Shown here piece by piece: positions 9,369-19,796 of a DNA stretch of 64,000 nucleotides. This DNA is from an uncultured Acidobacteriaceae bacterium (GTDB lineage: Bacteria; Acidobacteriota; Terriglobia; Bryobacterales; Bryobacteraceae): contig OY969780.1 in the NCBI GenBank assembly GCA_963703035.1, positions 969,644 through 1,033,643 on the forward strand, read 5' to 3'. The notes below the pieces were generated by a model that was not told where the DNA came from, ran no database searches, and was given only the letters and a program-made list of their open reading frames with translations. The translations under genes and the position numbers were made by a program. The first letter of the stretch is position 1. Each line of letters opens with the position of its first letter.

Positions 9369-12300
9369 TCGGCGGCAGATTCGCTTTACGTAATTGCTCG
9401 TTCAGCTTTTGGAGCGGACCTGTCTTCAGCTGATCCCAGGCGCTCATCGTGCTTTGAAGATTCTTGCTTACGTCCTCGACTGCGGCTTTCGTTTGCGTAG
9501 TTGGGGCGTTATCGGACCCTTGAATGATATCGAGCAATCGCGCAAGTTCGAAATTGAGCAGGGTAAAGCTTTTCTGCGCTGCGGCGCCCGGTGCGCCGAA
9601 CGGGAACCCGCCGCGGCCTATGAGCGCCGACAATTGGGCATCAACGCTTCCGAGTGCCTCTTTCAACTCGGCATTTTGCTTCTGCTCGAGGCTCTTGACC
9701 TGGTCACGAGCCGCCCGAACTTGCCCCAGCGCGTCGTAATCTTGTTGCATCAGATTCGAGACCTGCAATGAGAGTGTGAGCTGTTCCTGCAACTCCGCGG
9801 CGGGCGTCTTGATCCGCGGGTCCATCGCGATTTCCAATGGTTCCGAGTGGGTCTCGCCTGCGGCTGTCAATTTAACCGTGTAGCCGCCAGGCAGAGCCCA
9901 GGGGCCCTGCGGAACTCGAGGGGTATTGCGGTAGATGGCGGAAATCGGATAGTCGTATCGGACCGCTCTGGGCGGAGCATAATGCAGATCCCAAACAAAT
10001 CTGTGCAGCCCCGGCTGTGCCGAGAGGATGCGCTGCGGGCGCACCCAGTAAGTCGGTACATTGAGCTCTTTTTGTAGGTCTGCTTCCGTCGTCGCGGGCT
10101 TATCCTCACTCGAATAGCGCCGCACAAGCTGATTCTTAGAATCGTAGATCTCGAGGGTCACGGGCCCGGCATTCGCGGCGATGCTGTAGTCGATAATTGC
10201 GCCATCGGGAGGGTTTTGACCGGCTGGAATTTCGGGCGGCAGCGGGGTATCGGTGTTGCGATTCCAGCGCCACCGGATCGCGTTTTCAGGCGCGAAGAGA
10301 GACGCCTTCGCCTGCCTGACATTCCCGCTCATTTGCCGCAATGGCGTGATGTCGTCCAGAATCCAGAATGACCGGCCATGCGTGCCGATGACGAGATCAT
10401 CGCCATGGATCACCAGATCTCGGACAGATGTGACGGGCAGATTCAACTGCAGCGTCTGCCAGTGATCGCCATCATCGAACGAAACAAACACGCCGATCTC
10501 AGTGCCCGCAAAGAGCAGCCCCTTTCGCTTGGGGTCTTCGCGAACAGCATTGACCACAGCTCGGTCGGGCAGGCCATTGATAATCTCCTTCCAAGTTTTG
10601 CCGCCGTCGTGCGTACGGTAGATATGCGGCTTGAGGTCGTCCAAACGGAAGCGATTGATGGCGGCATACGCCGTCGCCTCGTCGAAATGCGAGGCCTCCA
10701 TCAACGAAACCTTGCTCCAGGCGGTCAGCTCCGGCGGCGTTACGTTTTCCCAGTTCTTGCCGCCATCGTGCGTCACTTGAATCAACCCGTCATCCGTGCC
10801 GATCCAGATGAGGTTCACGTCCTTGAACGAGGGAGCAATGGTGTAGATCACGCCCCGGTGTTGTCCTTTTTCCGGATCTTGCGACTCGAAAGCCTGAATC
10901 ACCGAGGGCACTTGCCAGTGCTCGCGCGTGAGGTCGGGGCTGATGACATCCCAGCTATTGCCGCCATTGGTCGTCTTGAACAGAACGTTCGAGCCGAGAT
11001 ATAACGTGTGAGGATCGACGGGCGAGAACAGCAGCGGCATGGTTCGTACGAACCGGTATTTCCCGGGAAGCACTTGCGGGCTGACATCCTGAACGTCGCC
11101 AGTCACCCAGTTGAAGCGCGTCGCCTTGCCACCGTAAACGAGATTCGGGTTTAAGGGGTCGGGCGCAACGTATCCGTACTCTTCAACGCCCACCGGATGC
11201 CAATTGCGGAAGGTGATCGAGCCATCATCGCTTCGGCTCTCGATTCCCACCGATCCGCTTTCCTGCTGGCCGCCATACACCCAGTAAGGGAACCGATTAT
11301 CAGTAATAACGTGATAAAACTGCGCGGTCGGCTGGTTGTACCACGAGCTCCAGGTCTTTCCTCCATTGACGCTCAGCGTCGCGCCTTGGTCCACTCCGAG
11401 AAAAATGATGTCCGGATTCTGTGGATTGATCCAAATGGTGTGGTAATCATCGCCGCCGGGAGCGCCTTTTATTCCGATGAACGTCTGGCCTGCATCGATC
11501 GATCGATACGTCGTCGTATTTGCGATATAAACCTTGTCTTCGTTTTGTGGGTCCACTTGCACGCACGCAAAATCAGATCCGCGGCCCCATAGTCGTTCTT
11601 CGTTATTGATCTTGCGCCAGCTTGCGCCCGCATCATCGGAACGATAGAGGCCGCCATAGGCAGGCGAGGCGTCCATCAGCGCATACATGCGCTTGGGATC
11701 GCTTGGCGCAATGGCGAAACCGATTCTTCCCAGCCCCTGCGCGATCGTCGGAACTCCTTGCGTGAGCTGCTGCCACGTGTTTCCACCATCGGCCGATTTG
11801 TGCAGCCCGCTTCCCGGGCCGTTGAAAGAATTTCCAACTTCCCAGGGCGCTTGTCGCGCTGCCCACAAATCTGCATACACAATTTGCGGATTGCTGGGGT
11901 CGAAGGCTACTTCAACCGCGCCGGTATTTTCGTCCTTGTAGAGAACCCGATCGAAGGACTCGCCTCCGTTTGTAGAGCGGTAGACACCCCGTTCCGTATT
12001 CGGCCCGTAAGGGTGCCCTAACACCGCTATGAAAAGGCGCTTCGGATCGTGCGGGTCCACAATGATGGACGAGATCTGGTAACCATTGCGAAGCCCGAGA
12101 TGCTTCCAGGTTCGACCGGCATCCGTCGATTTATAGATGCCATCGCCGACTGAGAGATCGGGACGTTGCAACCCTTCACCGCTGCCGACGTAAAGAATAT
12201 TGGGATCGGACGGAGCGACTGCAAGAGCGCCTATGGAGCCGGTATCTTGCCCGTCGAAAATAGGCATCCACGTGTTGCCGTAATCGGTGCTCTTCCACAC

Positions 12301-12504
12301 ACCGCCATTGTTCGGGGCCATGTAGTATACATTCGGCTGCTGCACCACACCGCTGATTGCCACCGTGCGGCCCGCGCGAAAGGGTCCGATGAGGCGATAG
12401 CGCATCTCAGCGAAATAGCCGGAATCGACCTGTGCATTTGCTTTAAAGACGACACAGAAACTCAACATCAAGTTGATCAGGACAAGAAGGCGCATATTCG
12501 TCAT
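9343..12504 (-). CDS. Secreted BNR/Asp-box repeat protein (sortilin/VPS10- or GH74-like beta-propellers)
   Basis: At least 10 Asp-box motifs (STDYGNTW, STDAGRTW, SADGGNTW, THDGGKTW and others). The start is moved to 12504 (MTNMRLLVLINLMLSFCVVFKANAQ signal peptide). The 12759 start would run into the divergent neighbour. Confidence 0.85.
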   Translation of the reverse strand: MTNMRLLVLINLMLSFCVVFKANAQVDSGYFAEMRYRLIGPFRAGRTVAISGVVQQPNVYYMAPNNGGVWKSTDYGNTWMPIFDGQDTGSIGALAVAPSDPNILYVGSGEGLQRPDLSVGDGIYKSTDAGRTWKHLGLRNGYQISSIIVDPHDPKRLFIAVLGHPYGPNTERGVYRSTNGGESFDRVLYKDENTGAVEVAFDPSNPQIVYADLWAARQAPWEVGNSFNGPGSGLHKSADGGNTWQQLTQGVPTIAQGLGRIGFAIAPSDPKRMYALMDASPAYGGLYRSDDAGASWRKINNEERLWGRGSDFACVQVDPQNEDKVYIANTTTYRSIDAGQTFIGIKGAPGGDDYHTIWINPQNPDIIFLGVDQGATLSVNGGKTWSSWYNQPTAQFYHVITDNRFPYWVYGGQQESGSVGIESRSDDGSITFRNWHPVGVEEYGYVAPDPLNPNLVYGGKATRFNWVTGDVQDVSPQVLPGKYRFVRTMPLLFSPVDPHTLYLGSNVLFKTTNGGNSWDVISPDLTREHWQVPSVIQAFESQDPEKGQHRGVIYTIAPSFKDVNLIWIGTDDGLIQVTHDGGKNWENVTPPELTAWSKVSLMEASHFDEATAYAAINRFRLDDLKPHIYRTHDGGKTWKEIINGLPDRAVVNAVREDPKRKGLLFAGTEIGVFVSFDDGDHWQTLQLNLPVTSVRDLVIHGDDLVIGTHGRSFWILDDITPLRQMSGNVRQAKASLFAPENAIRWRWNRNTDTPLPPEIPAGQNPPDGAIIDYSIAANAGPVTLEIYDSKNQLVRRYSSEDKPATTEADLQKELNVPTYWVRPQRILSAQPGLHRFVWDLHYAPPRAVRYDYPISAIYRNTPRVPQGPWALPGGYTVKLTAAGETHSEPLEIAMDPRIKTPAAELQEQLTLSLQVSNLMQQDYDALGQVRAARDQVKSLEQKQNAELKEALGSVDAQLSALIGRGGFPFGAPGAAAQKSFTLLNFELARLLDIIQGSDNAPTTQTKAAVEDVSKNLQSTMSAWDQLKTGPLQKLNEQLRKANLPPITNAPAVP

Positions 12505-12548
12505 CCGGTTATGTAAACAACAGGTGCTATTGTATCGACCAGCAAGAT

Positions 12549-13487
12549 ATGACGGATTCCGGTTTGCGCAATTCACCGCGTTTAGGTGAACCGTGGCCCG
12601 CTCTGCCTCTCGAAGCATGGCAGGACACGTATGACACCTTGCACATGTGGCTTCAGATTGCCGGGAAAATCCGCATGGAATTTGCGCCGCCGCAGAATCA
12701 CTGGTGGAACACGGCTCTGTACGTAACCACCCGCGGTTTGACGACCTCCCCAATCCCATATCAGTCGCGGGCTTTTGAGCTTCAGTTCGACTTCATCGAT
12801 CACAATCTAGTAATCCAGACCTCCGAGGGAGGAATCAGAGCGGTCAAACTTGCATCGAAACCCGTCGCGGAATTTTATGGCGAAGTGATGTCGAGCCTGC
12901 ACGCGGAGGGCATTCAGGTCGCAATCAATACGAAGCCGCAGGAAGTTGCAAACCCGATTCCTTTCGATCAGGATGAGACGCATCGATCCTATGATGCGGA
13001 GTACGCCAACCGCTTCTGGCGAATTCTGCTCTCGACGCACGCCGTGCTGCAGGAATTCCGCGCAGAGTTTCTGGGCAAGTCCAGCCCAGTGCACTTCTTT
13101 TGGGGCAGTTGCGATCTCGCATGCACGCGCTTTTCGGGCCGCCCTGCTCCGCCGCGCAAAGGCGTGATCACCTCCGAAGCCTACTCCGAGGAATGCAGTA
13201 GCATCGGCTGGTGGCCGGGCGGAGCAGACGTGAAAGGCCCGGCTTTCTACGCCTACATGGCTCCCGAGCCGCCGCAATATGGAGAGCAGCGCGTGCAGCC
13301 AGATAATGCGTTTTACAGCCGCCAGCTTCGCGAATTTCTTCTGATGTACGACGACGTGCGGAGCGCAAAATCACCGCGCGCCGAAATTCTCGAATTCGCG
13401 CACAGCATCTATGAGGCCGGAGCTGATCTGGCGGACTGGAACCGCGCATCTCTGGAGAAGAATTTGAGTAGTGTTCGGGCTACCTGA
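12549..13487 (+). CDS. Conserved hypothetical protein, 312 aa
   Basis: Long clean ORF with coding-like composition. I cannot name a family with certainty. Confidence 0.6.
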   Translation: MTDSGLRNSPRLGEPWPALPLEAWQDTYDTLHMWLQIAGKIRMEFAPPQNHWWNTALYVTTRGLTTSPIPYQSRAFELQFDFIDHNLVIQTSEGGIRAVKLASKPVAEFYGEVMSSLHAEGIQVAINTKPQEVANPIPFDQDETHRSYDAEYANRFWRILLSTHAVLQEFRAEFLGKSSPVHFFWGSCDLACTRFSGRPAPPRKGVITSEAYSEECSSIGWWPGGADVKGPAFYAYMAPEPPQYGEQRVQPDNAFYSRQLREFLLMYDDVRSAKSPRAEILEFAHSIYEAGADLADWNRASLEKNLSSVRAT

Positions 13488-13768
13488 GGACTCCCGGCGA
13501 GAACACGTAATTCGCCACCTTCGTGTCGAACACTACGCTGTTTCCGCACCCGCCCTGTCGTAGTCGAGAGCCCAGTCGTAGGTCTTGCGTCTCCACAGGA
13601 TCGTGTCAATCGTGGGGTAGAACGAGTCCATACCGTAATCGGCTGTGGACCGCCGACGGTTTAAGCATTCAACATCGCCGCCCGGGCGTGCGCTGTAGCG
13701 AGAACGCGAGGCGGAGCAGTACGTACACTGCACACAATAGTGCGCGGAAGCAGAAGCTAACTACAAAA

Positions 13769-14398
13769 TCACTTGAACTCGAGGATCTCTTTCTCTTTTG
13801 CCTTCGCGGCCTGATCGATCTTTGTGATCTGCCCATCGGTCAGCTTTTGAATCGAGTCAAGCGCCTGCCGCTCGTCATCCTCGCTGATCACTTTGTCCTT
13901 CAGCATTTTCTTCAGCTGCTCGTTGGCTTCTCGACGGATGTTGCGCAGCCCGACACGGCGCTCCTCAGCGATATGGCTCAGCTTCTTCGCGAGATCCCGG
14001 CGCCTCTCCTCCGTCAACGGCGGAATCGGAACGCGCACAATCTTGCCATCATTTGAAGGATTCAAACCGAGGTCTGCGCCGCGAATCGCCTTCTCAATCA
14101 CTCCCATCATCGATGCATCCCAGGGCTGAACCGTGATCATCGCCGGCTCCGGCACGTGCAGCTGCGCCACCTGGTTCAGCGGCACTGGCGATCCGTAATA
14201 GTCGACGCGCACGCTGTCGAGCAAACCGATCGAGGCGCGCCCCGTTCGGATATGTGCCATCTCCTGCTGTAAGTCGGTCAGCACTTTTTCCATGCGCGTC
14301 CGCGCGTTGGCTTCGACTTCTTTGATATTTCGAAATGCGCCAGTCGGCGGCGTCGCGGCGCCTCGCTGTTGTGATGGGGCTTGCTGCTCGTGTTTCAT
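13769..14398 (-). CDS. frr: Ribosome recycling factor
   Basis: Motifs MEKVLTDLQQEMAHIRTGRAS, VQPWD and IPPLTEERR. It has an N-terminal extension of about 20 aa relative to E. coli Frr. Confidence 0.95.
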   Translation of the reverse strand: MKHEQQAPSQQRGAATPPTGAFRNIKEVEANARTRMEKVLTDLQQEMAHIRTGRASIGLLDSVRVDYYGSPVPLNQVAQLHVPEPAMITVQPWDASMMGVIEKAIRGADLGLNPSNDGKIVRVPIPPLTEERRRDLAKKLSHIAEERRVGLRNIRREANEQLKKMLKDKVISEDDERQALDSIQKLTDGQITKIDQAAKAKEKEILEFK

Positions 14399-14416
14399 GT
14401 CTCCGCTCTCTTGCGA

Positions 14417-15148
14417 CTAGCGAATTAGAGTGCCGACGGCTTCGCCCATCGCCATTCGCATTATATTGCCGTTCACATTCAGGTCGAAAACCGTGATCGG
14501 CATACAATTATCCCGGCACATCGCGACGGCGGCGGCATCCATAACGCCCAGGTCTTTCGAGAGCACCTCTGTATAACTGACTTCCGGATACTTCACCGCG
14601 TTCCCGAACTTCTTGGGATCTTTATCGTACACGCCGTCAACACTGGTGCCCTTCGCGATGATCTCGGCGTGAATTTCGAGGCCCCGCAGAGTGGCTGCCG
14701 TATCCGTAGAGAAGTACGGATTCGAAGTCCCTGCCGCAAACAGGACAGCGCGGCCTTTCTCGAGATGGCGAATGGCCCGACGCCGTATGTAGGGCTCGGC
14801 AACCTGATGCATCTCGATCGCGGTCATAACGCGCGTAGGAACGCCCTGCCGCTCGAGCGCATCCTGAAACGCGAGCGCATTGATCACGGTTGCAAGCATT
14901 CCCATGTGATCGCCGGTTACGCGATCCATGCTGTACGCGGCCGCCGCGACGCCGCGGAAAATGTTTCCGCCACCCACGACCAGACCGATCTGCACGCCGG
15001 CTCGCGCCACTTCGGCAACTTCGGCGGCCAGCGCCATGACGCGATCCGGATCGAGTCCAAAAGATTGCGGACCAGCGAGTGCTTCGCCGCTGATTTTCAG
15101 AAGAACCCGTTGATACTGTGGCATATGTAAGCCGGAAGCGCTCATCAA
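14417..15148 (-). CDS. pyrH: UMP kinase
   Basis: Motifs [23 protein letters not shown] and FTTDTAAxLR-like [11 protein letters not shown]. Confidence 0.95.
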   Translation of the reverse strand: MMSASGLHMPQYQRVLLKISGEALAGPQSFGLDPDRVMALAAEVAEVARAGVQIGLVVGGGNIFRGVAAAAYSMDRVTGDHMGMLATVINALAFQDALERQGVPTRVMTAIEMHQVAEPYIRRRAIRHLEKGRAVLFAAGTSNPYFSTDTAATLRGLEIHAEIIAKGTSVDGVYDKDPKKFGNAVKYPEVSYTEVLSKDLGVMDAAAVAMCRDNCMPITVFDLNVNGNIMRMAMGEAVGTLIR

Positions 15149-15161
15149 AGCGAGCGGCCGG

Positions 15162-16139
15162 TTATGCTGTCACGGGAAGCGGGCTTTCTTCTACGCCGGC
15201 CGCATCCATCGCATCACCTACTTTGTAGCGAATGAACCGGGCCACGCTGATATCTCCGCCGAGTTTCGCTCCAGCGTTCCGTATGAGGTCCCCGACGGAA
15301 ATCGTGTTCTCGCGGATGAATGGCTGTTCGAGTAAACATACCTCTTCGTAGAATTTGCTCATCCGGCCCTCGACAATTTTGTCGAGCATTTTTTCCGGCT
15401 TACCCTCGCTCCGTACCCGCTCCCGCTGAATGTCGCGTTCTTTTTCGAGAAGGTCCTTCGGAATATCACCTTTATTGACGCACTGCGGGGCAGACGCGGC
15501 GATCTGCATGGCGAGGTCGCGCACCAGAGTCTGGAACTCCGGTTTGTGAAGCACGCCTTCCGCGCTCACTTTCACTTCGACCAGCACCCCGATTTGTCCA
15601 CCGGTGTGAATGTAATTGGCGGCCCCGCCGGTGCCGTGCACCTCGAAGATCACAAACCGTGAAACCGCGATATTCTCGCCGAGCTTCGCGATCTTCGTCT
15701 TAACCAGCTCGCCAACCGTCGTGCCTTGATCTTTCGCGAACTTCTGCTCATATAAGGCCTGATGCGCTTTGAAGTTCGCCCGTTCGGCCTCTGTCACTTC
15801 CTCAAGCCGCACGACTTTCGGCTTGGTTTCGGCAATGTGCGCGGCGACGTCGGCGGTTAAGCTCTGGAAATCTTCCGTGCGCGCCACGAAGTCCGATTCG
15901 CAATTCACCTCTACAAGCACGCCCAATTTGGCATCCGGGCTGATGAATGATCCAATCAATCCCTGCTTCGTCGACCGGCTTTGCTTCTTGCTGGCGGACG
16001 CGATGCCTTGCTTGCGAAGGAAGACCTCCGCTTCTTCGACATTTCCGTTTGTCGCTTCCAGCGCCCTTTTGCAATCCATGTAACCTGCGCCCGTTCTGTC
16101 GCGCAGTTTCTTTACCAGCTGTGGTGTAATTTCCGCCAT
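15162..16139 (-). CDS. tsf: Translation elongation factor Ts
   Basis: [27 protein letters not shown] (UBA-like N-domain). GAGG lies 7 nt upstream of the ATG at 16139. The ORF-track start at 16187 is rejected. Confidence 0.93.
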   Translation of the reverse strand: MAEITPQLVKKLRDRTGAGYMDCKRALEATNGNVEEAEVFLRKQGIASASKKQSRSTKQGLIGSFISPDAKLGVLVEVNCESDFVARTEDFQSLTADVAAHIAETKPKVVRLEEVTEAERANFKAHQALYEQKFAKDQGTTVGELVKTKIAKLGENIAVSRFVIFEVHGTGGAANYIHTGGQIGVLVEVKVSAEGVLHKPEFQTLVRDLAMQIAASAPQCVNKGDIPKDLLEKERDIQRERVRSEGKPEKMLDKIVEGRMSKFYEEVCLLEQPFIRENTISVGDLIRNAGAKLGGDISVARFIRYKVGDAMDAAGVEESPLPVTA

Positions 16140-16244
16140 CAATTCCTCTGATCTTTTATCCTCTAATACGCAGGCTCGTATGCGCACCCCGTCCGGCCAA
16201 GCGTCTTCGGCAGGTCGCGCGCCCGAGATATAGCGTGAAACGGA

Positions 16245-17150
16245 CTAGTGTTCGCTTACGGTCGTGCTCGCGACTTCTTCGGGTGCCTCAGTTCCAGGTC
16301 CCTTGCGGGGGGGTGTTTCCGGTTCCTCGCTGGTTGCCAGACTTTCTGACATCAACTGCTCCGCATACTTCGGATCCAGATACTGGGTATACTCTTCTTC
16401 AACCGCGTGCTCGCCCGCCGCTTCGTCTTCGCTAACGATCTTTTCAGCGGCGAAATCCTGCTCGGTTGCGAGTGACCGTCCTTCGACCACCGCGTCGGCA
16501 ATCTTGGTTGTAAACAGCCGGATAGCCCTCAGCGCGTCATCATTGCCGGGAATGACGTAATCCACCTCATCCGGATCGCAGTTTGTATCAACAACGGCTA
16601 CGACGGGAATGCCCAGCTTGCGAGCTTCCTTCACTGCGATCGCTTCTTTATTCGAATCGATCACAAACAGCAAGTCCGGCAAGCCGTTCATGTCTTTGAT
16701 CCCGGCCAAATTTTGCTGCAGATGCTTGCGCTCGCGCTCCAGCCGCCCCACTTCTTTCTTCGCGCGGCCCTCGTAAGCATTGTCGGTCGACATCGCGTCC
16801 AGCTCTTTCAGACGCTTGATCGACCGCTGCACCGTCATAATGTTCGTCAGCAATCCGCCGAGCCAGCGCTGATTCACGTAATACTGAGAGCACCGCGTGG
16901 CCTCTTCAGCAACCGCCTCCTGCGCCTGGCGCTTCGTGCCGACAAACAGCACAGTCTTGCCCTGCGCCGCCATCTCGCCGACATAGCGCATGGCGTCTTT
17001 GAAAAGCTTCAGCGTCTTCTGTAGGTCGACAATATAGATTCCGTTACGTTCGCCGAAGATGTACTCCTTCATCTTCGGATTCCAGCGCTTGGTCTGGTGC
17101 CCGAAGTGAACGCCTGCTTCGAGCAGCTCTTTCATTGAAATTGATGGCAA
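16245..17150 (-). CDS. rpsB: 30S ribosomal protein S2 (with about 60-aa acidic C-terminal tail)
   Basis: [22 protein letters not shown] and the canonical S2 core. Confidence 0.97.
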   Translation of the reverse strand: MPSISMKELLEAGVHFGHQTKRWNPKMKEYIFGERNGIYIVDLQKTLKLFKDAMRYVGEMAAQGKTVLFVGTKRQAQEAVAEEATRCSQYYVNQRWLGGLLTNIMTVQRSIKRLKELDAMSTDNAYEGRAKKEVGRLERERKHLQQNLAGIKDMNGLPDLLFVIDSNKEAIAVKEARKLGIPVVAVVDTNCDPDEVDYVIPGNDDALRAIRLFTTKIADAVVEGRSLATEQDFAAEKIVSEDEAAGEHAVEEEYTQYLDPKYAEQLMSESLATSEEPETPPRKGPGTEAPEEVASTTVSEH

Positions 17151-17332
17151 CCTGCCTCCTTAATTCGTAACGGACCCGATCACGTAACTGCGCGGCCCAA
17201 AGCGGAATTTGCGCGTTGTCGATTGTGTCCGGTTTTGCCAAACGCAGGAGACGGCTTCTGCCGTTTGTACGTGTCTGCAAACACGCCCGAAGCGTCTGGC
17301 ACGGTTGAGTGTGGAACGAAACAAGCGAAGAA

Positions 17333-17731
17333 CTACCGCTTCGAGAACTGGAAGCGCTTGCGGGCACCCTTTTGTCCGTACTTCTTTCGTTCATGCGCGC
17401 GAGCATCTCGCGTGAGAAATCCAAGCTGCTTCAATTTGCCTCGCAGTTCGGAGTTAAATTCAATCAAGGCCCGGGCGATCCCAAGCCGCGCTGCCCCCGC
17501 CTGTCCACTGATTCCGCCGCCATGCGCCAGGATCAGGATGTCGAAGCGCTCCGCGGTCTCGGTCGCAAGCAGCGGCTGCCGCACATAAGCGCGAGCCGAT
17601 TCGCTCACAAAATAATTCTCAAAGGCGCGGCCGTTCACCGTGATCTGACCCTTGCCCGGCCGCAAAAACACGCGGGTTGTGGCGGTCTTACGCCTTCCTG
17701 TTCCTAACTGTTGTACTAACTTCGCTGGCAC
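17333..17731 (-). CDS. rpsI: 30S ribosomal protein S9
   Basis: [12 protein letters not shown] and C-terminal [17 protein letters not shown]. Confidence 0.97.
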   Translation of the reverse strand: MPAKLVQQLGTGRRKTATTRVFLRPGKGQITVNGRAFENYFVSESARAYVRQPLLATETAERFDILILAHGGGISGQAGAARLGIARALIEFNSELRGKLKQLGFLTRDARAHERKKYGQKGARKRFQFSKR

Positions 17732-17763
17732 TAAGATTCCTTTTCGTTATTTCCAATCTTTAT

Positions 17764-18198
17764 TCATTGGTTTAGCGCAAGCGGAACAGGCTTCTGCGCC
17801 TGATGCGGATGATGCTCGCCCGCGTAGACCTTCAGTTTCCGGTACATCTGCTTGCCGAGTTTGGTTTTCGGCAGCATTCCCGAGATCGCGAGCTCTACCA
17901 TGCGCTCTGGACGCGTTTCGCGCATTCGGTGCGCACGCGTCTCGATCAGGCCGCCAGGATAGCCCGTATGCCGCCGGTACATCTTTTGGCCCTCTTTGCC
18001 GCCCGTGAGCTTGACTTTGGCGGCATTTATAATGACCACGTGATCTCCGGTGTCAATCGACGGCGCATACATCGGCTTGTGCTTACCCATCAAAAGCGTT
18101 GCCGCGCGGCTCGCGACCCTGCCGAGGACCGCGGAATCGGCATCGATGACGTGCCAGGCACGTACGATCGCGTGCTTCGAGGGGACTTCGGTTTGCAT
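17764..18198 (-). CDS. rplM: 50S ribosomal protein L13
   Basis: WHVIDADSAVLGRVASRAATLLMGKHKP and HTGYPGG. Confidence 0.97.
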   Translation of the reverse strand: MQTEVPSKHAIVRAWHVIDADSAVLGRVASRAATLLMGKHKPMYAPSIDTGDHVVIINAAKVKLTGGKEGQKMYRRHTGYPGGLIETRAHRMRETRPERMVELAISGMLPKTKLGKQMYRKLKVYAGEHHPHQAQKPVPLALNQ

Positions 18199-18399
18199 AG
18201 ACAGACTGATTCTCTTCGCTTCGATGGCTCGAACACACTAGTCTAGCGAATCGGAAATTTGGGTGTCAAACCGCGGGTTAGGAGGTAGTGGCTCAATTTG
18301 AGAATCAAGACACTCAAGCGGTATCTGCTTTTCTCAATCCACAGGGATGCGCAAGAGTGCGAAATGGGACTCTGTGAAGGGGAGCACGGAAATTTAGCG

Positions 18400-18507
18400 C
18401 TACTTCAGCGATCGATACACTCTGCTCCAGCCGCCGAACTGGGCCAATTTGAACTCTTTCGTGAACTGCCTGCGAGACAATCCCGCTGGCTCAATTCTCC
18501 ATTCCAT
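18400..18507 (-). pseudogene. Possible relic of an IS3-family OrfA (HTH_Tnp_1) N-terminus
   Basis: Minus-strand translation MEWRIEPAGLSRRQFTKEFKLAQFGGWSRVYRSLK*. The RRxFTxEFK segment resembles IS3 OrfA N-termini. The frame then degenerates and stops. It lies in a lower-GC spacer. Confidence 0.25.
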
Positions 18508-18653
18508 GAATTTTGAGTAACGGCTCAATCCATTACGGGTGTCATTTCGCGAATATCGGCTTGAGCCCGATGCATTTTCAGTCTGATGGCGGTCGTAATC
18601 TCCGGTAATTGCCAGCTGCTCCGCGGGCGGCGCGCGCAACGTTACTGTTTCCG

Positions 18654-19796
18654 TTATTGCTCGACCTGAAGCTTGACCCAGCCCGGCAAGGTTGAGGGTT
18701 GCCCCCCCGCAAACACAATCCGCCGGGTCTTCGGAAACGGTACTCCTTCGCGAATTGCCTTTCCAAAGCTCGGGACTGCGCGCAGAATCTTGCGATATGA
18801 GGTCTGCTCCGTATCCAGAAAGCCGGCCTTCGAAACAAATCCGCTTCCCCACCCGAGGCACAGCAGGCATGCCTCGTTTGATTGCTGCGCACGCTCGAGT
18901 TCCTGGCCCAACCCCCGCACGCTCTCAGATACGCCCGCCAGCCCCGCCATTTCCGCATACCGTGCGTGAATCGCAAGCTGCGCCGCTGCATGCTGGTTTG
19001 CTGCCTCTAGAATCACCTTCGGCTCCGGCGTCGTGCGCCAGCCTAAAGCACGCATCACTTCCGGATTTTCATAAAATGTGCGTTCTTCCCACTCGCCGCC
19101 AAATCCACTTCCCGCCACAGCCATCTCCGCGAAAACCGCGGTCGCGGTCGAGATCCTCTCGCCTGGAACGCTTCCCCGACCGGCAACCTTCCATGACAGC
19201 TGCGGCTTTTCGGGCGACCGCGTATCGAGCGTCGACACACGCGTAAGAAATACTTTGAACGTCGATGCCGGAACCGGCTCACTATCCCCAGCGGCCACCA
19301 CCTTCATCTGCGAGCCGCCTGCGCTCACTTCCGCTGCCTCGCCAATTCGACGGCCCACCCGGTCGCCTTCAACGGTAGCTGCAATGCGCTCGATCGTGCT
19401 CGCTGTCCAGCGCGAAGAAATCACACTCGTCCGCAGCGCTCCCTTCAGCGCCGAGCCCCGCAGATACGCACCCCGGTAATCTGCGGCAAACGTCGGGATG
19501 AACAGCGATTCAGGCGGCGCGGAGTTCCAGATCGAGGTCAACCCTGCATCTTCAAATGGAATCCGGCGTTGTGAGAAATTCTGCGCGAACCCGCCCCAGG
19601 TCGCAAAATCCAGTCGGGTCGCCCGCCTCAGTTGCGCGAGGTACCCCTCCAGCCGGGGCCCGCGCGCCAGCAGCTTGAAGATCCTCGGCTGGTCGAGAAC
19701 GTTTACCTGATCCTTCCAGACCATGTAATCGATCGGTGAAAGCTCGCGCCCATCCCCGGCCAGAAGCGGCGTGAGAACTGTGATTCTATACTTCAC
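18654..19796 (-). CDS. csm5: Type III CRISPR RAMP protein Csm5 (Cas7-like)
   Basis: Motifs MKYRITVLTPLLAGDG, GSALKGALRT, CLGWGSGF, FPKTRRIVF and LPGWVKL, the classical Csm5 pattern. Confidence 0.8.
   Translation of the reverse strand: MKYRITVLTPLLAGDGRELSPIDYMVWKDQVNVLDQPRIFKLLARGPRLEGYLAQLRRATRLDFATWGGFAQNFSQRRIPFEDAGLTSIWNSAPPESLFIPTFAADYRGAYLRGSALKGALRTSVISSRWTASTIERIAATVEGDRVGRRIGEAAEVSAGGSQMKVVAAGDSEPVPASTFKVFLTRVSTLDTRSPEKPQLSWKVAGRGSVPGERISTATAVFAEMAVAGSGFGGEWEERTFYENPEVMRALGWRTTPEPKVILEAANQHAAAQLAIHARYAEMAGLAGVSESVRGLGQELERAQQSNEACLLCLGWGSGFVSKAGFLDTEQTSYRKILRAVPSFGKAIREGVPFPKTRRIVFAGGQPSTLPGWVKLQVEQ

Noticed and set aside
12505-12759. 85-codon N-terminal extension of the BNR protein ORF
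   Set aside because: The extension is Cys/Arg-rich and overlaps the divergent gene that starts at 12549. The internal Met at 12504 gives a normal signal peptide.
17151-17332. Possible terminator or leader structure between rpsI and rpsB (ACGGC-ttct-GCCGT at about 17251-17264)
   Set aside because: The stem is short and the T-tract is on the wrong strand for the minus-strand operons. I cannot support a terminator or a known ribosomal leader from sequence alone.
18285-18335. tRNA-like D-arm resemblance (GTAGTGGCTCAATTTGAGAATCA) that might mark an integration site
   Set aside because: I could not fold an acceptor stem, anticodon arm or T-arm, so it is probably chance similarity. tRNAscan-SE would settle it.
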